Source: an uncultured Candidatus Saccharibacteria bacterium (lineage in GTDB: Bacteria > Patescibacteriota > Saccharimonadia > Saccharimonadales > Saccharimonadaceae). Taken from it: a stretch of DNA of 64,000 bases. The stretch is from the NCBI GenBank assembly GCA_946415265.1, contig CAMKRV010000001.1, positions 18,887-82,886 of the forward strand. The letters are read 5' to 3'. Under the pieces are notes generated by a model, which saw only the letters and a list, made by a program, of their open reading frames with translations, did no database searches and was not told the DNA's origin. A program made the position numbers and the translations under genes. Positions 11,163 to 22,067 of the stretch are shown piece by piece (position 1 is the stretch's first letter; each line of letters begins with the position of its first letter).

Positions 11163-11975
11163 ATGAGTATACCTCGTGTCCTCAATAAAAAGAATCGTGT
11201 TCTTCTGAAAGAACTTACTAAAACCGATTTCAAATTACGCTATCAGGGCTCAGTTTTAGGTTATTTATGGGCGCTACTTCGCCCACTTATGATGTTCGCT
11301 ATTCTCTATGTAGTTTTTGCCAAACTTCTCAAAATCGGTAACGATATTCCCCATTATTCAGTATATTTACTTTGCGGCACCGCGATGTGGAGCTTCTTCA
11401 CTGAATGCGCCTCTCAAGGTATTCAAGCTATTGTTAACCGCGGAGATCTTCTCCGTAAAATTAGTTTTCCTAAATACATCGTTGTGGTGTCAGCTACGCT
11501 TACCGCAGTTATCAATATGTTAATCAACCTAGTAGTTATTATTATCTTTGCCCTAATAAACGGCGTTACGCCCTCCTGGGGCTGGCTACTCGTTTTTATT
11601 CCCCTAATCGGTTTATATCTCCTAGCACTTGGCATTGCTTTCCTCTTAGGCTCAATCAATGTAAAATACCGCGATATCACCTCGATTTGGGACGTTTTAA
11701 CTCAAGCGCTTTTTTACGCAGTGCCGATTATTTATCCCATTTCCATGGTAGCCGCCACTAGCGCTACGGCCGCAAAAATCATCCTTTTAAACCCTATCTC
11801 TCAGTGCATCCAAGACATTCGTTATTTTCTTATTACCAACGAAACCATCACCACTTGGAACTATATCAATAATAAATTCATCGCTTTCATACCAGTTCTT
11901 GTTATCATAGCCCTACTGATTATCGGCGCTCTAATATTTAGAAAAAAATCTAAATTCTTTGCGGAGGAAGTCTAA
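11163..11975 (+). CDS. wzm: Polysaccharide ABC exporter permease (Wzm/RgpC-like)
   Basis: DFKLRYQGSVLGYLWALLRPL, FYAVPIIYP, LNP. Confidence 0.9.
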   Translation: MSIPRVLNKKNRVLLKELTKTDFKLRYQGSVLGYLWALLRPLMMFAILYVVFAKLLKIGNDIPHYSVYLLCGTAMWSFFTECASQGIQAIVNRGDLLRKISFPKYIVVVSATLTAVINMLINLVVIIIFALINGVTPSWGWLLVFIPLIGLYLLALGIAFLLGSINVKYRDITSIWDVLTQALFYAVPIIYPISMVAATSATAAKIILLNPISQCIQDIRYFLITNETITTWNYINNKFIAFIPVLVIIALLIIGALIFRKKSKFFAEEV

Positions 11976-12754
11976 TGAAACGTCAAATCGGTACACGCAC
12001 AGAAATATACGATGACGCTAGTAATATCGCCATTAAAGTCACCAATTTACATAAAAGCTTTAAGCTTCCAACCGAGCAAGCCTTTGGCTTAAAACAAGCT
12101 TTCTTTAATCGTCTTCGCGGCATTAAAGGCTATACCGAGCAAAAAGTCCTAAAAGGTCTAGATTTCGAAGTTAAAAAAGGAGATTTTCTCGGTATAGTTG
12201 GCCGCAATGGCTCCGGCAAATCCACCTTACTTAAAATCCTAGCTGGCATATATTATCCAGAAAAGGGCGAGATCATTATTAATGGCAACCTAGTTCCATT
12301 TATCGAACTTGGTGTAGGTTTTAACCCCGAACTCACCGGTCGCGAAAACGTCTACATGAATGGCGCTTTGCTCGGCTTCTCAAACGAAGAAATGGACAAA
12401 ATGTACAATGATATTTGGGAATTTGCCGAACTCAAAGATTTCCAAGATCAAAAACTTAAAAACTATTCCTCTGGCATGCAAGTTCGCCTCGCTTTTTCCA
12501 TCGCCATCCGCGCTAAAGGTGATATTCTATTACTGGACGAAGTCCTCGCCGTTGGTGACGCAGCCTTCCAACAGAAATGTGCAGACTACTTCAAATCTCT
12601 CAAAGACAAAAAACAAACTGTTATTCTTGTCACCCATTCCATGGAAAATGTTCGTAAATTCTGCACTCGCGCCATGCTTATAGATGACGGCCATATTGTC
12701 AAAAGTGGCAACCCTAAAGAAATTGCCGACGCCTACACTAAGCTCTGGTCCTAA
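11975..12754 (+). CDS. wzt: Polysaccharide ABC exporter ATPase (Wzt/RgpD-like, no C-terminal carbohydrate-binding domain)
   Basis: GRNGSGKST, YSSGMQVRLAF, LLDEVLAVGD. Confidence 0.92.
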   Translation: MKRQIGTRTEIYDDASNIAIKVTNLHKSFKLPTEQAFGLKQAFFNRLRGIKGYTEQKVLKGLDFEVKKGDFLGIVGRNGSGKSTLLKILAGIYYPEKGEIIINGNLVPFIELGVGFNPELTGRENVYMNGALLGFSNEEMDKMYNDIWEFAELKDFQDQKLKNYSSGMQVRLAFSIAIRAKGDILLLDEVLAVGDAAFQQKCADYFKSLKDKKQTVILVTHSMENVRKFCTRAMLIDDGHIVKSGNPKEIADAYTKLWS

Positions 12755-12755
12755 A

Positions 12756-13688
12756 TTACTTCTCGTTTTTTATCTTACGAAAAGCTTTATATAACCCCAT
12801 ACTTAATAAGTAATTATACATTCTTAATTTTTTAGTCATATATTTATTATTTTTATATTTCATCATATTTAACTTTATCCAACTAGAAGCGTCTTCACCA
12901 TATTTTTTTCCGATTTTCCCACCTATTACCCTATCCAAAAATGCATATTTAGCCAAAAGCAACGAAACTTCTGCCGCCTGTTCCAAATCACTGTCTTTCT
13001 TAAAATAACTTACCGCCTCCTCCGCCGCCAACTCCCGCATCGTCAATCTTTCCTCTATTTTTTCAGTTTTAGTAATGCTACCAGGGCGTTCATTATAGAA
13101 ATACAGTGCCTCATCCAAATAAACTACTTTTCTTGCCTTAGATAAAACCTTGTAAGTGGTCAAAGTGTCTTCATGTTTTTTACCTTTCGGAAACCATATC
13201 TCATTATCTGCAAACAAACTTTTCCTATACAATTTATTCCATGCCACTATATCTATGTTTTCATGCTCAGTTAATAATTTTATCGCAGCATTTTTCCCAC
13301 TTAATACGTCTTTCTTAGACTTCACAAAGTTATAACCGCACACCACCACATCTACATCTTTTTGAACCATTTTTCCATGCATAACGCCAATATATTCCTC
13401 ATCGACAAAATCATCACTATCGACAAAAGCAATTATTTCACCACTAGCTTTCTTTATCCCAAAATTCCGCGCATCAGATAATCCTCCATTTTTTTTATGG
13501 AAAACTTTTATATTCTTTTCTTTCTTCGCAAACTCATCACAAATCTTACCAGAACCATCCGTAGAGCCATCATCAACTACGATAATTTCCAAATTTTTAT
13601 AAGACTGCCGAACCAACGAGTCCAAACATTTTTCCACAAACTCTTTTACATTATATACTGGCACTATTACAGAAATCAGCTGATTCAT
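12756..13688 (-). CDS. Glycosyltransferase family 2
   Basis: ISVIVPVYN, DDGSTD, GLSDARN, FVDSDD. Confidence 0.92.
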   Translation of the reverse strand: MNQLISVIVPVYNVKEFVEKCLDSLVRQSYKNLEIIVVDDGSTDGSGKICDEFAKKEKNIKVFHKKNGGLSDARNFGIKKASGEIIAFVDSDDFVDEEYIGVMHGKMVQKDVDVVVCGYNFVKSKKDVLSGKNAAIKLLTEHENIDIVAWNKLYRKSLFADNEIWFPKGKKHEDTLTTYKVLSKARKVVYLDEALYFYNERPGSITKTEKIEERLTMRELAAEEAVSYFKKDSDLEQAAEVSLLLAKYAFLDRVIGGKIGKKYGEDASSWIKLNMMKYKNNKYMTKKLRMYNYLLSMGLYKAFRKIKNEK

Positions 13689-14695
13689 TTTTTCTCTGTA
13701 TAATGCTTAAGATAGTTTATCGTGTCATCCATTGCATCTTCTATCGTCAATTCTGTTTCCCACTCCAGCTCCTTTTTTGCCTTTGTCGGATTTGCAAATA
13801 TTTTAGGTAAATCCCCTGCCCTTCTTCCTACTATTTTATATGTCAACTTTTTACCACCGCTTGCCTTCTCAAAAGCTGCTACCATTTCTAACACCGAAGT
13901 CGCCTTCCCAGTTCCTAAATTATATATAGATACACCTGGTTTCATTTTTTCTATCGCAGCCACATGCCCCCTTGCTAGATCCACTACATGAATATAGTCT
14001 CTCATGCCAGTACCATCTGGCGTATCATAATCATCACCATACACAGAAAGCTCTTTTATCTCGCCCGTAGACACCTTCATAATTATTGGCATCAAATTAT
14101 TTGGAATATCATTTGGATCCTCACCAATTAGTCCAGATTTATGTGCACCCACCGGATTAAAGTACCGAAGAATCGTTGCTTCAAATTTCTGGTCCGCCTC
14201 TGCTACATCCTTCAAAATCTCTTCAATTACATGTTTAGTTTCACCATATGGGTTCGTAATTCCCACACCAGTTTGCATATCTTCGGTCAGCTCTGCCACA
14301 CCTTGATCGCCATATACCGTCGCCGAAGATGAAAATACGATTTTATTCACACCATACTTTTTCATGCATTTCAATAGATTTATCGTACCGCCCACATTAT
14401 TTTCATAATATTTAAGCGGCTTTTCTACCGATTCACCCACCGCCTTCAATCCTGCAAAATGTATCACCAAATCAAACTTACCCTCTTCAAACACTTTTTC
14501 CATCGCCAGCACATCCAAAAGATCCACCTTATGAAATTTTGGCTTCACGCCCGTTATTTTTTCAATATCATCTAGTACTGTAATTTTACTATTAAACAAA
14601 TTGTCCAATATTTCGATTTCGTATCCACGTTCGATTAGCTCCACTGCCGTATGGGAGCCAATATATCCCGTTCCACCAGTTAAAAGTATCTTCAT
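13685..14695 (-). CDS. galE: UDP-glucose 4-epimerase
   Basis: GGTGYIGSH, HFAGLKAVGES, YGETK, LRYFNPVGAH. Confidence 0.96.
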   Translation of the reverse strand: MKILLTGGTGYIGSHTAVELIERGYEIEILDNLFNSKITVLDDIEKITGVKPKFHKVDLLDVLAMEKVFEEGKFDLVIHFAGLKAVGESVEKPLKYYENNVGGTINLLKCMKKYGVNKIVFSSSATVYGDQGVAELTEDMQTGVGITNPYGETKHVIEEILKDVAEADQKFEATILRYFNPVGAHKSGLIGEDPNDIPNNLMPIIMKVSTGEIKELSVYGDDYDTPDGTGMRDYIHVVDLARGHVAAIEKMKPGVSIYNLGTGKATSVLEMVAAFEKASGGKKLTYKIVGRRAGDLPKIFANPTKAKKELEWETELTIEDAMDDTINYLKHYTEKK

Positions 14696-15846
14696 TTTTC
14701 CTCCTTTTCTATATTATACAACGGTAACATTTTTTCATTAAATATTTTTTCAAAATCAAAATTCTCTTCATAATATTTTCTAGCATTCTTCGCCATCTCG
14801 TCTGCCTCTTTTTTATTCTCTAGCATATAGGTCATCGCTTCCGCCAACTTTTTTACATTTTTCGCCGACACCAATAATCCAGTTTCGCCATCCTTCACTA
14901 CTTCTGGATTTCCATCCACGTCTGAAGCAATAATTTTCTTCCCCATCATTGCCGCATCCAACAAAGACAACGATAACCCCTCTCTATAACTCGGCAACAC
15001 AAAAACCTCATTTTTCGCCAATACTTTTAACGGTTCGTCTGTTCTGCCATGAAAAAATATTCTTTTGTTATTACTAGCCATTTTTCTATATTTTTCAAAA
15101 TCTTCCCCATCACCATATATATTCAGTTCCACATCCGGATATCTCTCACATACTAAATCAAAAGCCATAATCAGCTCTCCAATACCCTTATAATCTATAA
15201 TTCTACCTATATAGCAAATGCTATTTTTTTTACATTTTACATCCCTGCGTCCGACACACCCATCTTCTGTGCCATTCTTAATGGTTAATATATTACTATA
15301 TTTTCTCGGTCTCACTATTTTCTCAAAACTTTTTCGCTCAAAATCACTAATCATTATTATTTTATCAGCCTTCTTCGCACACTTCAAAATCCACTTACCA
15401 ATCCAATTTTTATACCACATATTCACATTTGTTAGCACCCAACTCCTAAAATCCATGTGGTCAGTCCATAGTACTTTGATTCCCATTTTTTTTGCCACAA
15501 CAGTAGCCGCAATCCAATCGTCGCGTGATTGTATATTTATCACTTCGGGTTTATATTTATCAAAAACCTGCCTATACCATTTTCTCAATTTCATTATCTC
15601 TATAAAATAAACCGGGGACAAAATATTCCGCCAACCACTCCAATTTTGCCTATTAATGTATGGTGTTCTGATCGTATCTATATCATCTTTCTTTGCCTCT
15701 TCTATCAACCCCTCAGACGAAGTTAAAATTAATGGACTAAAACCATTTTTTTTTAGCATCAGCCCAAGTTTTATCTGATACGTCTCCCCTCCACCATATT
15801 TATCAGGCGCAACGTTCCTAATCAAAAAGACTTTACCCTTATTCAT
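14692..15846 (-). CDS. Glycosyltransferase family 4
   Basis: YGGGE N-terminus, FVLPSYREGLSLSLLDA, SDVDGNPEVV. Confidence 0.9.
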   Translation of the reverse strand: MNKGKVFLIRNVAPDKYGGGETYQIKLGLMLKKNGFSPLILTSSEGLIEEAKKDDIDTIRTPYINRQNWSGWRNILSPVYFIEIMKLRKWYRQVFDKYKPEVINIQSRDDWIAATVVAKKMGIKVLWTDHMDFRSWVLTNVNMWYKNWIGKWILKCAKKADKIIMISDFERKSFEKIVRPRKYSNILTIKNGTEDGCVGRRDVKCKKNSICYIGRIIDYKGIGELIMAFDLVCERYPDVELNIYGDGEDFEKYRKMASNNKRIFFHGRTDEPLKVLAKNEVFVLPSYREGLSLSLLDAAMMGKKIIASDVDGNPEVVKDGETGLLVSAKNVKKLAEAMTYMLENKKEADEMAKNARKYYEENFDFEKIFNEKMLPLYNIEKEEK

Positions 15847-17119
15847 CCTTCAGCCTACTTACCAAATCGTCTGCTAGCTGCATACAGTCTTCCATACAGT
15901 TATAAGTCCATCGCCCATACCTACCCAACATATATATATTATCTTTTTCAAACTCCTTCATACATCTTACTATTCTTTCCTCTTCTTCTATATGCACATA
16001 GGCTGGATCCATTATTAATATATTCTTATCCACCAATTTCAGCCCATCGTCTATAATCCCAACTTTTTTCATACCTACCAAAGCCTTCTCCAACTCAACT
16101 TGCTCATCAATTTCCTTAGTTTCTTTCGGAAACCCAATTTCTACATACACACTTAGCTTATCCTGCATCAATATGTTATTATAAAAACCTATTCTATAAA
16201 AATTCAAACTCTTATCCGGAAAATATACCCAGTGTTCTTTTTTGTATCTAGGCGATGGCCTATCAAATCCCAAATTCAGCACCAAGACTTTATTATATGA
16301 CAACTGCTCGGCCCTCTCATTTTGTGCTGTCTCATCCAACATCTCCAAAAAATGATTAAATGGCACCGAGCTAATCAAATTTTCATAATTTATCTTTTCT
16401 CCTTCGTCAGTTTCCACATATTTATTTTTTCTATCTATTTTCTTAACCTTAGTATTTAACCTTACCCTTCTTCTATCAATTTGTTCAAACAGTTTATCAA
16501 TAAAATATCCCGTACCCTTCTTTAAATACATAAACTCATCATTATATGTTTTCTTTACCTTGTCTCCCATGCTTTCCATCACCTGTTTAAAATCGGCATA
16601 TGGGAAAAATCTCCCCATTGCATCTTTATCTAGTTTATGCAAATCTACAGCATAAAGTTTTTCATTATAAGGTCGCAAAAACTTTTCTGTAATCGCTTTG
16701 CCAAACTTTGCATAAAGCATATCCAAAAAATTATCATAATCTTCTTTTGTGTCCCTAAAATACAAATCATACAAGCATTCAATAAATTCTTCTTTTTCCA
16801 GCTCATATATATTTGTTTGAAATGGATAATCAATTAACTTATTTTTATAAAAAATCTTCGTATTCTTTTTCTGCCTAATAATCTGTTTTTCGTCGACCAA
16901 ACCCGTAAAAAGTTTTTTATACTTTTCCGTCCTGAAATGATAGAAATGCCCCGCATAATCCCACACATACTCTCTATTCGGAATTGTTCTACAATAACCG
17001 CCCGGCGTACTATCCTTTTCTAAAATTAAATAGTCATCCTCCAAATAATATGCGCAAGATATGCCTGACAATCCAGCCCCCAAAATTAGATTTTTTATTC
17101 TCTTCATTTTTTTCCTCAT
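15839..17119 (-). CDS. FAD-dependent oxidoreductase (UDP-galactopyranose mutase/HemY-like) in glycan locus
   Basis: GAGLSG dinucleotide fold, GGYCRT, GRYGRWTY. Confidence 0.75.
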   Translation of the reverse strand: MRKKMKRIKNLILGAGLSGISCAYYLEDDYLILEKDSTPGGYCRTIPNREYVWDYAGHFYHFRTEKYKKLFTGLVDEKQIIRQKKNTKIFYKNKLIDYPFQTNIYELEKEEFIECLYDLYFRDTKEDYDNFLDMLYAKFGKAITEKFLRPYNEKLYAVDLHKLDKDAMGRFFPYADFKQVMESMGDKVKKTYNDEFMYLKKGTGYFIDKLFEQIDRRRVRLNTKVKKIDRKNKYVETDEGEKINYENLISSVPFNHFLEMLDETAQNERAEQLSYNKVLVLNLGFDRPSPRYKKEHWVYFPDKSLNFYRIGFYNNILMQDKLSVYVEIGFPKETKEIDEQVELEKALVGMKKVGIIDDGLKLVDKNILIMDPAYVHIEEEERIVRCMKEFEKDNIYMLGRYGRWTYNCMEDCMQLADDLVSRLKDE

Positions 17120-17286
17120 AAAATATTAATATCGTGAATGAGCAACAAATATAAAGTACACATTCACTTATACTACTATATTATATCAAATTTACACCCA
17201 ACTTACTTTTTTCAAAACCTCAATCATCAAAAAAATAGCTCAATGAGTTGAAAACCGAACACATCCATGTTACAATACTTTAAGTC

Positions 17287-19296
17287 ATGAGAGAGCGTGT
17301 AGAAATCCTTATCAATATCGAAGAACCAATTATTTCAAAGCTTCACGAAACAATATCTAGTATTATCGAACAAATCGCCAAAGACAAATTCAATATTCAA
17401 GTAAAATTCATCAATAGCCAAAATCTTGACACCTCAAAAGAAGAACAACGCTTAAAAAACGCAAATATCTCTTTAAATAAAAATAAAACACCCCGATTTA
17501 CGCTAATATTAAAAGCTGGCGAAGTAATCTCTAAATCTTTTTTATATAAAAGCATTTATTATCTAATGAACAACAACGATACATCAGTGTGTCCAGAATA
17601 CACCTTCAACAGACTAGATAACTCCCTAACAGTCATGACGACTTACAACTGCCAAATGCTCATTAGTAAAACTTCAGCAAACCTCATAGATCACAAAAAA
17701 ACAATTGATCAAGGCAGCACTTCGCCAAGAACCAATATCATTAAAGACACCTGCGTAGTTTCAAATACGCCAAACACGAGTCTTTCTGAATACATTAAAC
17801 GCATCAAAACAGAAATGCCTTTTTTCAATTTTCCTCTATTTCGCCCCATAGCTATCCATAAAACAAAAACGCCTTCTCCCTTCAGCCACAAGCAAAGTAG
17901 ATCCGTCGGAACAGTACTTCGCAGGTCCCTAAAAAAAATACTAATCAAATACAATTTTCTTAAACGTCACGAATCCGCTACACCCATACACAACAACACA
18001 CCGCCATATTTAAGCGATGTAATGAAAAATGAATTGGAACAATTATCCAATATAAAGTTCAGCCTAAAAGGATATAAATCAATGAGATTCATAGACGTAA
18101 CTTATGAAACGTTTCTAAATACCGAGAAATTATTTGAAAAATATCGCATCGTAGCCAATAGTTTATCGTATGACGATTATTCATACGTTATGGTACTTCC
18201 ATGGCTTATCCATGGAGGGATTGATCTATTTGCAATCAACTATCTCAACACAATCGCCGAAATCAATCCAAACCAACACATATTAGTCTTTCTGACCAAT
18301 GGAACGCATCGCTCATTTACGAAAAAGGAAATTAACCTAGCCGACAATATCGAACTCGTTGACCTACCAAAGCTGTTCAAAGTAGATACAGAAATGCCAA
18401 ATTACGCAATAAGCCTCATATACTCATTTATTAATGTCTTCAAGCCGTCACATTTGCATATCATGTCAAGCCAAACTGGATACAAATGCATGGAACAATA
18501 CGGCAAAAACATACGCGATAATGGAGTCAAAGTCATTTTTTCCTCCTACAATTATCTCATCGGATCACATGGTGAATATTTAGGCTATGCTGTGCAAAAT
18601 CTACCGTACGTCTATCAACCAGGCGATACTATTACTACAGATAATATTGCTTACAAAAACATGTGCGTTAACCACTATGGTTTTCTTGAAAAAGATATAT
18701 TAGTCCACCGCCAATTATTCAACATTGATCTAAACAATATACCAACGCCGACCAACAAAGATGGCCTGAGAATACTCTGGGCCGCACATGTTCGCCCGGA
18801 AAAGAACCCCACAATTGTACCAATAATCGCAAAAGAACTCAAAAACGATAAAGTTGAAATAGATTGCTATGGACTCTTTTCGCCCATCCATTGGGAAAAT
18901 GGCAAAAACCCCCTTAATACAAACATAGATAATCTCCATTATGTAGGTGAGTATTCGAATTTCTTTAATGATATCGATTTGCAAAAATACGATCTATTTC
19001 TTTATACCTCTCACGCAGATGGAACGCCAAACGTAATAATCGAGGCAGCGTTAGCCGGACTTCCCATCGTTTCCTCTCGTTTAGGCGGGATACCAGACAT
19101 CATTAAAGACGAGAGTGTCTTAGTAAAAAACACTTATTCGTCTAAGGAATTCGTAGAAAAAACTAAACGAGTTCTGTCAGATTTAACAAACTCACGAAAA
19201 AAAGCATCCACTCTGCAAAAAGAGCTAATTAGGAAACACAGCAAACAAAATTTTACAAAACAAGTCAAGGAAATGCTAGAAAGAAGTAAACAATGA
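17287..19296 (+). CDS. Large glycosyltransferase with C-terminal GT4 domain
   Basis: LPWLIHGGID, RPEKNP, DGTPNVIIEAALAGLPIVSS. Confidence 0.8.
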   Translation: MRERVEILINIEEPIISKLHETISSIIEQIAKDKFNIQVKFINSQNLDTSKEEQRLKNANISLNKNKTPRFTLILKAGEVISKSFLYKSIYYLMNNNDTSVCPEYTFNRLDNSLTVMTTYNCQMLISKTSANLIDHKKTIDQGSTSPRTNIIKDTCVVSNTPNTSLSEYIKRIKTEMPFFNFPLFRPIAIHKTKTPSPFSHKQSRSVGTVLRRSLKKILIKYNFLKRHESATPIHNNTPPYLSDVMKNELEQLSNIKFSLKGYKSMRFIDVTYETFLNTEKLFEKYRIVANSLSYDDYSYVMVLPWLIHGGIDLFAINYLNTIAEINPNQHILVFLTNGTHRSFTKKEINLADNIELVDLPKLFKVDTEMPNYAISLIYSFINVFKPSHLHIMSSQTGYKCMEQYGKNIRDNGVKVIFSSYNYLIGSHGEYLGYAVQNLPYVYQPGDTITTDNIAYKNMCVNHYGFLEKDILVHRQLFNIDLNNIPTPTNKDGLRILWAAHVRPEKNPTIVPIIAKELKNDKVEIDCYGLFSPIHWENGKNPLNTNIDNLHYVGEYSNFFNDIDLQKYDLFLYTSHADGTPNVIIEAALAGLPIVSSRLGGIPDIIKDESVLVKNTYSSKEFVEKTKRVLSDLTNSRKKASTLQKELIRKHSKQNFTKQVKEMLERSKQ

Positions 19297-21050
19297 AAAA
19301 AAAACCACTCCTTACCATAGGTATACCGGCTTACAATGTTGAATTATTCATCGAGGAAACCACAACCTCCGTAGCAACAAGCAAGTATTCAGATATTATA
19401 GAAATACTCATCATCAATGACGGCTCCACTGATCAAACCTTGCAAGTAGCCAAAACACTAGAAAAAAAATACCCCTGCGTAAAAGTTATTGATAAACCAA
19501 ATGGTGGCCACGGTTCCGCAATCAACTCGGCACTAAAAAACGCTACGGGCAAATATTTCAGGTTACTCGACGGAGATGACTGGTTTGACACGGAAGAATT
19601 CGACGGTTATATAGAAAAACTACAATCAGAAACAGCAGACATCGTTTTTACCGACTTAGTTGAGCATTTTATTAAGACGGGGCTCAACCGCCCAATCACT
19701 TATTATCCAAATTTACCAGAGTACAAAACATTACCACTTGACACTGTACGCTTTCTAGAATGGGGACCAATGCTACCCACTACCACTATCAAAACCGATA
19801 TACTTAAAAAATTCAATCTAAAAATTGACGAAAACTGCTACTATGTAGACCAGGAATATAATCTTGCATGTTATTTGGCCTCCAAAACTGCATCCTACTA
19901 TCCATTCATGATTTACCAATATAGACTTGAACGAGAAGGTCAATCAATGCAAAAAACCTCTCTTATCAAAAACGTCAAGTCGCATGAAATTGTCTGCAAG
20001 CGCCTTCTCGATATATTTCATAAATACTCGAAAACGATGACTAATACAAGAAGAAAACACTTATCAAAAAAAGTCATTATCCCAATGTGCTACATGCAAT
20101 ATGTCATAGCAATCGAATATTGCAAGTCGAAGGAGCGTTTTCTTTCATTCGACAAAATAATTAAACTTTACCCAAACTTCTATAATGACCCAGGTATAGC
20201 GGGCACGCTTACAAGACTTCACCGAAAAACTAAAGGTCATCTAGTAAAAATAGACCCAATTATCAGAAAAATAGCAGACAAAAAAAATAAAATTTTTATT
20301 AGCAATAACGTCAAGACAAAGTTCTTTCTTTTAATAGGGGCTATCTTTATGATAACTGCAATAAACGCTCTCATAATTAATTGTATAGATTTAGATCAAA
20401 CCTTTTCTCAAAACAACGCAGCTATTTATTACGAAGAAAGTTCTAACCTAGTAAAACTATTCAATCAAAGCCCTTTTGACGGCTTAAAAGCCATATCGGA
20501 GTCTATGAACACAGAACGCAACCTTCTTCCTATCCTCCCAATGATCCCATTTCTAAAAATTTTTGATATATCAAAACTATCTTACATTTTAATAATATTT
20601 AACCTATACATTTTACCATTCGCCATACTTATGACTCAAACCTTTAAATATACGTTTCATCGAAAAAAACGCCCCATTAAGTGGTGGCTAATCCCAATAG
20701 TATTCGCCATATTTCTATTGGTTCCTCTCATTATCCCATCCATTGCCATCAACCCAAATGCAATAGATTTAACTATTATCGGTCTAATTTTATATCTCAT
20801 TGCAAAAACAAAATTACGCAGCACCCACAGTTATCTCATCCTCGGTTTTCTAGCATCAATGCTTATTTTGTTTCAAAAACAATCTATCCTCTACATACTT
20901 GGCCTATATTTTCTAATTTTTACAATCAAAACCGCAATTAATTATATCAAATGTAGTGATAAAAAGCATTTTTTTTCAATGACCATAAAAACATCAATCA
21001 AACTTGTAATCTCTGCCGCTATAACCACAATATTGGTTCTTATCTTTTAA
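19293..21050 (+). CDS. GT2 glycosyltransferase fused to multi-TM C-terminal region
   Basis: IPAYN, INDGSTD, NGGHGSAIN, LDGDD, then ~7 hydrophobic segments. Confidence 0.82.
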   Translation: MKKKPLLTIGIPAYNVELFIEETTTSVATSKYSDIIEILIINDGSTDQTLQVAKTLEKKYPCVKVIDKPNGGHGSAINSALKNATGKYFRLLDGDDWFDTEEFDGYIEKLQSETADIVFTDLVEHFIKTGLNRPITYYPNLPEYKTLPLDTVRFLEWGPMLPTTTIKTDILKKFNLKIDENCYYVDQEYNLACYLASKTASYYPFMIYQYRLEREGQSMQKTSLIKNVKSHEIVCKRLLDIFHKYSKTMTNTRRKHLSKKVIIPMCYMQYVIAIEYCKSKERFLSFDKIIKLYPNFYNDPGIAGTLTRLHRKTKGHLVKIDPIIRKIADKKNKIFISNNVKTKFFLLIGAIFMITAINALIINCIDLDQTFSQNNAAIYYEESSNLVKLFNQSPFDGLKAISESMNTERNLLPILPMIPFLKIFDISKLSYILIIFNLYILPFAILMTQTFKYTFHRKKRPIKWWLIPIVFAIFLLVPLIIPSIAINPNAIDLTIIGLILYLIAKTKLRSTHSYLILGFLASMLILFQKQSILYILGLYFLIFTIKTAINYIKCSDKKHFFSMTIKTSIKLVISAAITTILVLIF

Positions 21051-21125
21051 AAACCTTTCGCATTTACACCTTTAAATTTATACCTACTCAAAATGTAAAA
21101 ATATAAATATGTTATAATTATACTC

Positions 21126-22067
21126 ATGAAAGTACCAATAATTTATTTCGTTATCCCTTGTTTTAATGAAGAAGAATGTTTAATCGAAACTACCAAACAA
21201 CTAAAAGAAAAAATAGCCAAACTAATCAATATAAAAAAAATTAATACTAAAAGTAAAATAATCTATATAGACGATGGCTCCGAAGATAAAACGTGGCAAA
21301 TAATCGAAAGTCTAGACAATCAAGTAATCGGCATTAAACTATCTAAGAACCAAGGGCATCAAAACGCCCTCTTAGCCGGTTTGATGTATGCAAAAAATCA
21401 TTGCGATGCTGCCATCTCGATGGACGCCGACCTCCAAGATGATGTTAGCACTATTGATAGTTTTATAGACAAGTTTAGCAACGGCACCGACATTGTCTAT
21501 GGGGTTCGCGCCGAACGCAAAAAAGATTCCTTCTTTAAAAAACACACAGCCCTATTCTTTTACAGGCTCATGAATAATCTGGGAGCCAATACCATATATA
21601 ATCACGCTGACTATCGATTAATGAGTAGACGCGCATTAGAAGAATTATCAAAATTCCAAGAAGTCAACCTTTTTCTTAGGGGTATTGTCCCAACGATTGG
21701 ACTAAAAACCGATATTGTAAAATATAATCGCGCAGAACGTTTCGCCGGTAAAAGCAAATATCCAATCAAAAAAATGATCAACTTCGCCATTGACGGAATA
21801 ACCTCATTTTCCATTAAACCAATTCGTCTAATCCTCTTAATAGGCATCTTAGTTTCATTCATCTCATTTATCGTTCTCTGCTACGCCATAGTTGTGAAAC
21901 TCGCCAATCAAGCTATTTCCGGTTGGACTTTCACTATTTGTTCCATCTGGCTACTTGGTGGCATTCAGATAATCGCCCTTGGCATCATTGGCGAATATGT
22001 CGGAAAAACCTATTCAGAAACCAAGCATAGGCCACGCTATATTATCGAAAAAATCAAGGAATCCTAG
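21126..22067 (+). CDS. GtrB-like polyprenyl-phosphate glycosyltransferase (GT2)
   Basis: IPCFNEE, GHQNALLAG, MDADLQD, DYRLMSRR, two C-terminal TMs, GEYVGK. Confidence 0.9.
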   Translation: MKVPIIYFVIPCFNEEECLIETTKQLKEKIAKLINIKKINTKSKIIYIDDGSEDKTWQIIESLDNQVIGIKLSKNQGHQNALLAGLMYAKNHCDAAISMDADLQDDVSTIDSFIDKFSNGTDIVYGVRAERKKDSFFKKHTALFFYRLMNNLGANTIYNHADYRLMSRRALEELSKFQEVNLFLRGIVPTIGLKTDIVKYNRAERFAGKSKYPIKKMINFAIDGITSFSIKPIRLILLIGILVSFISFIVLCYAIVVKLANQAISGWTFTICSIWLLGGIQIIALGIIGEYVGKTYSETKHRPRYIIEKIKES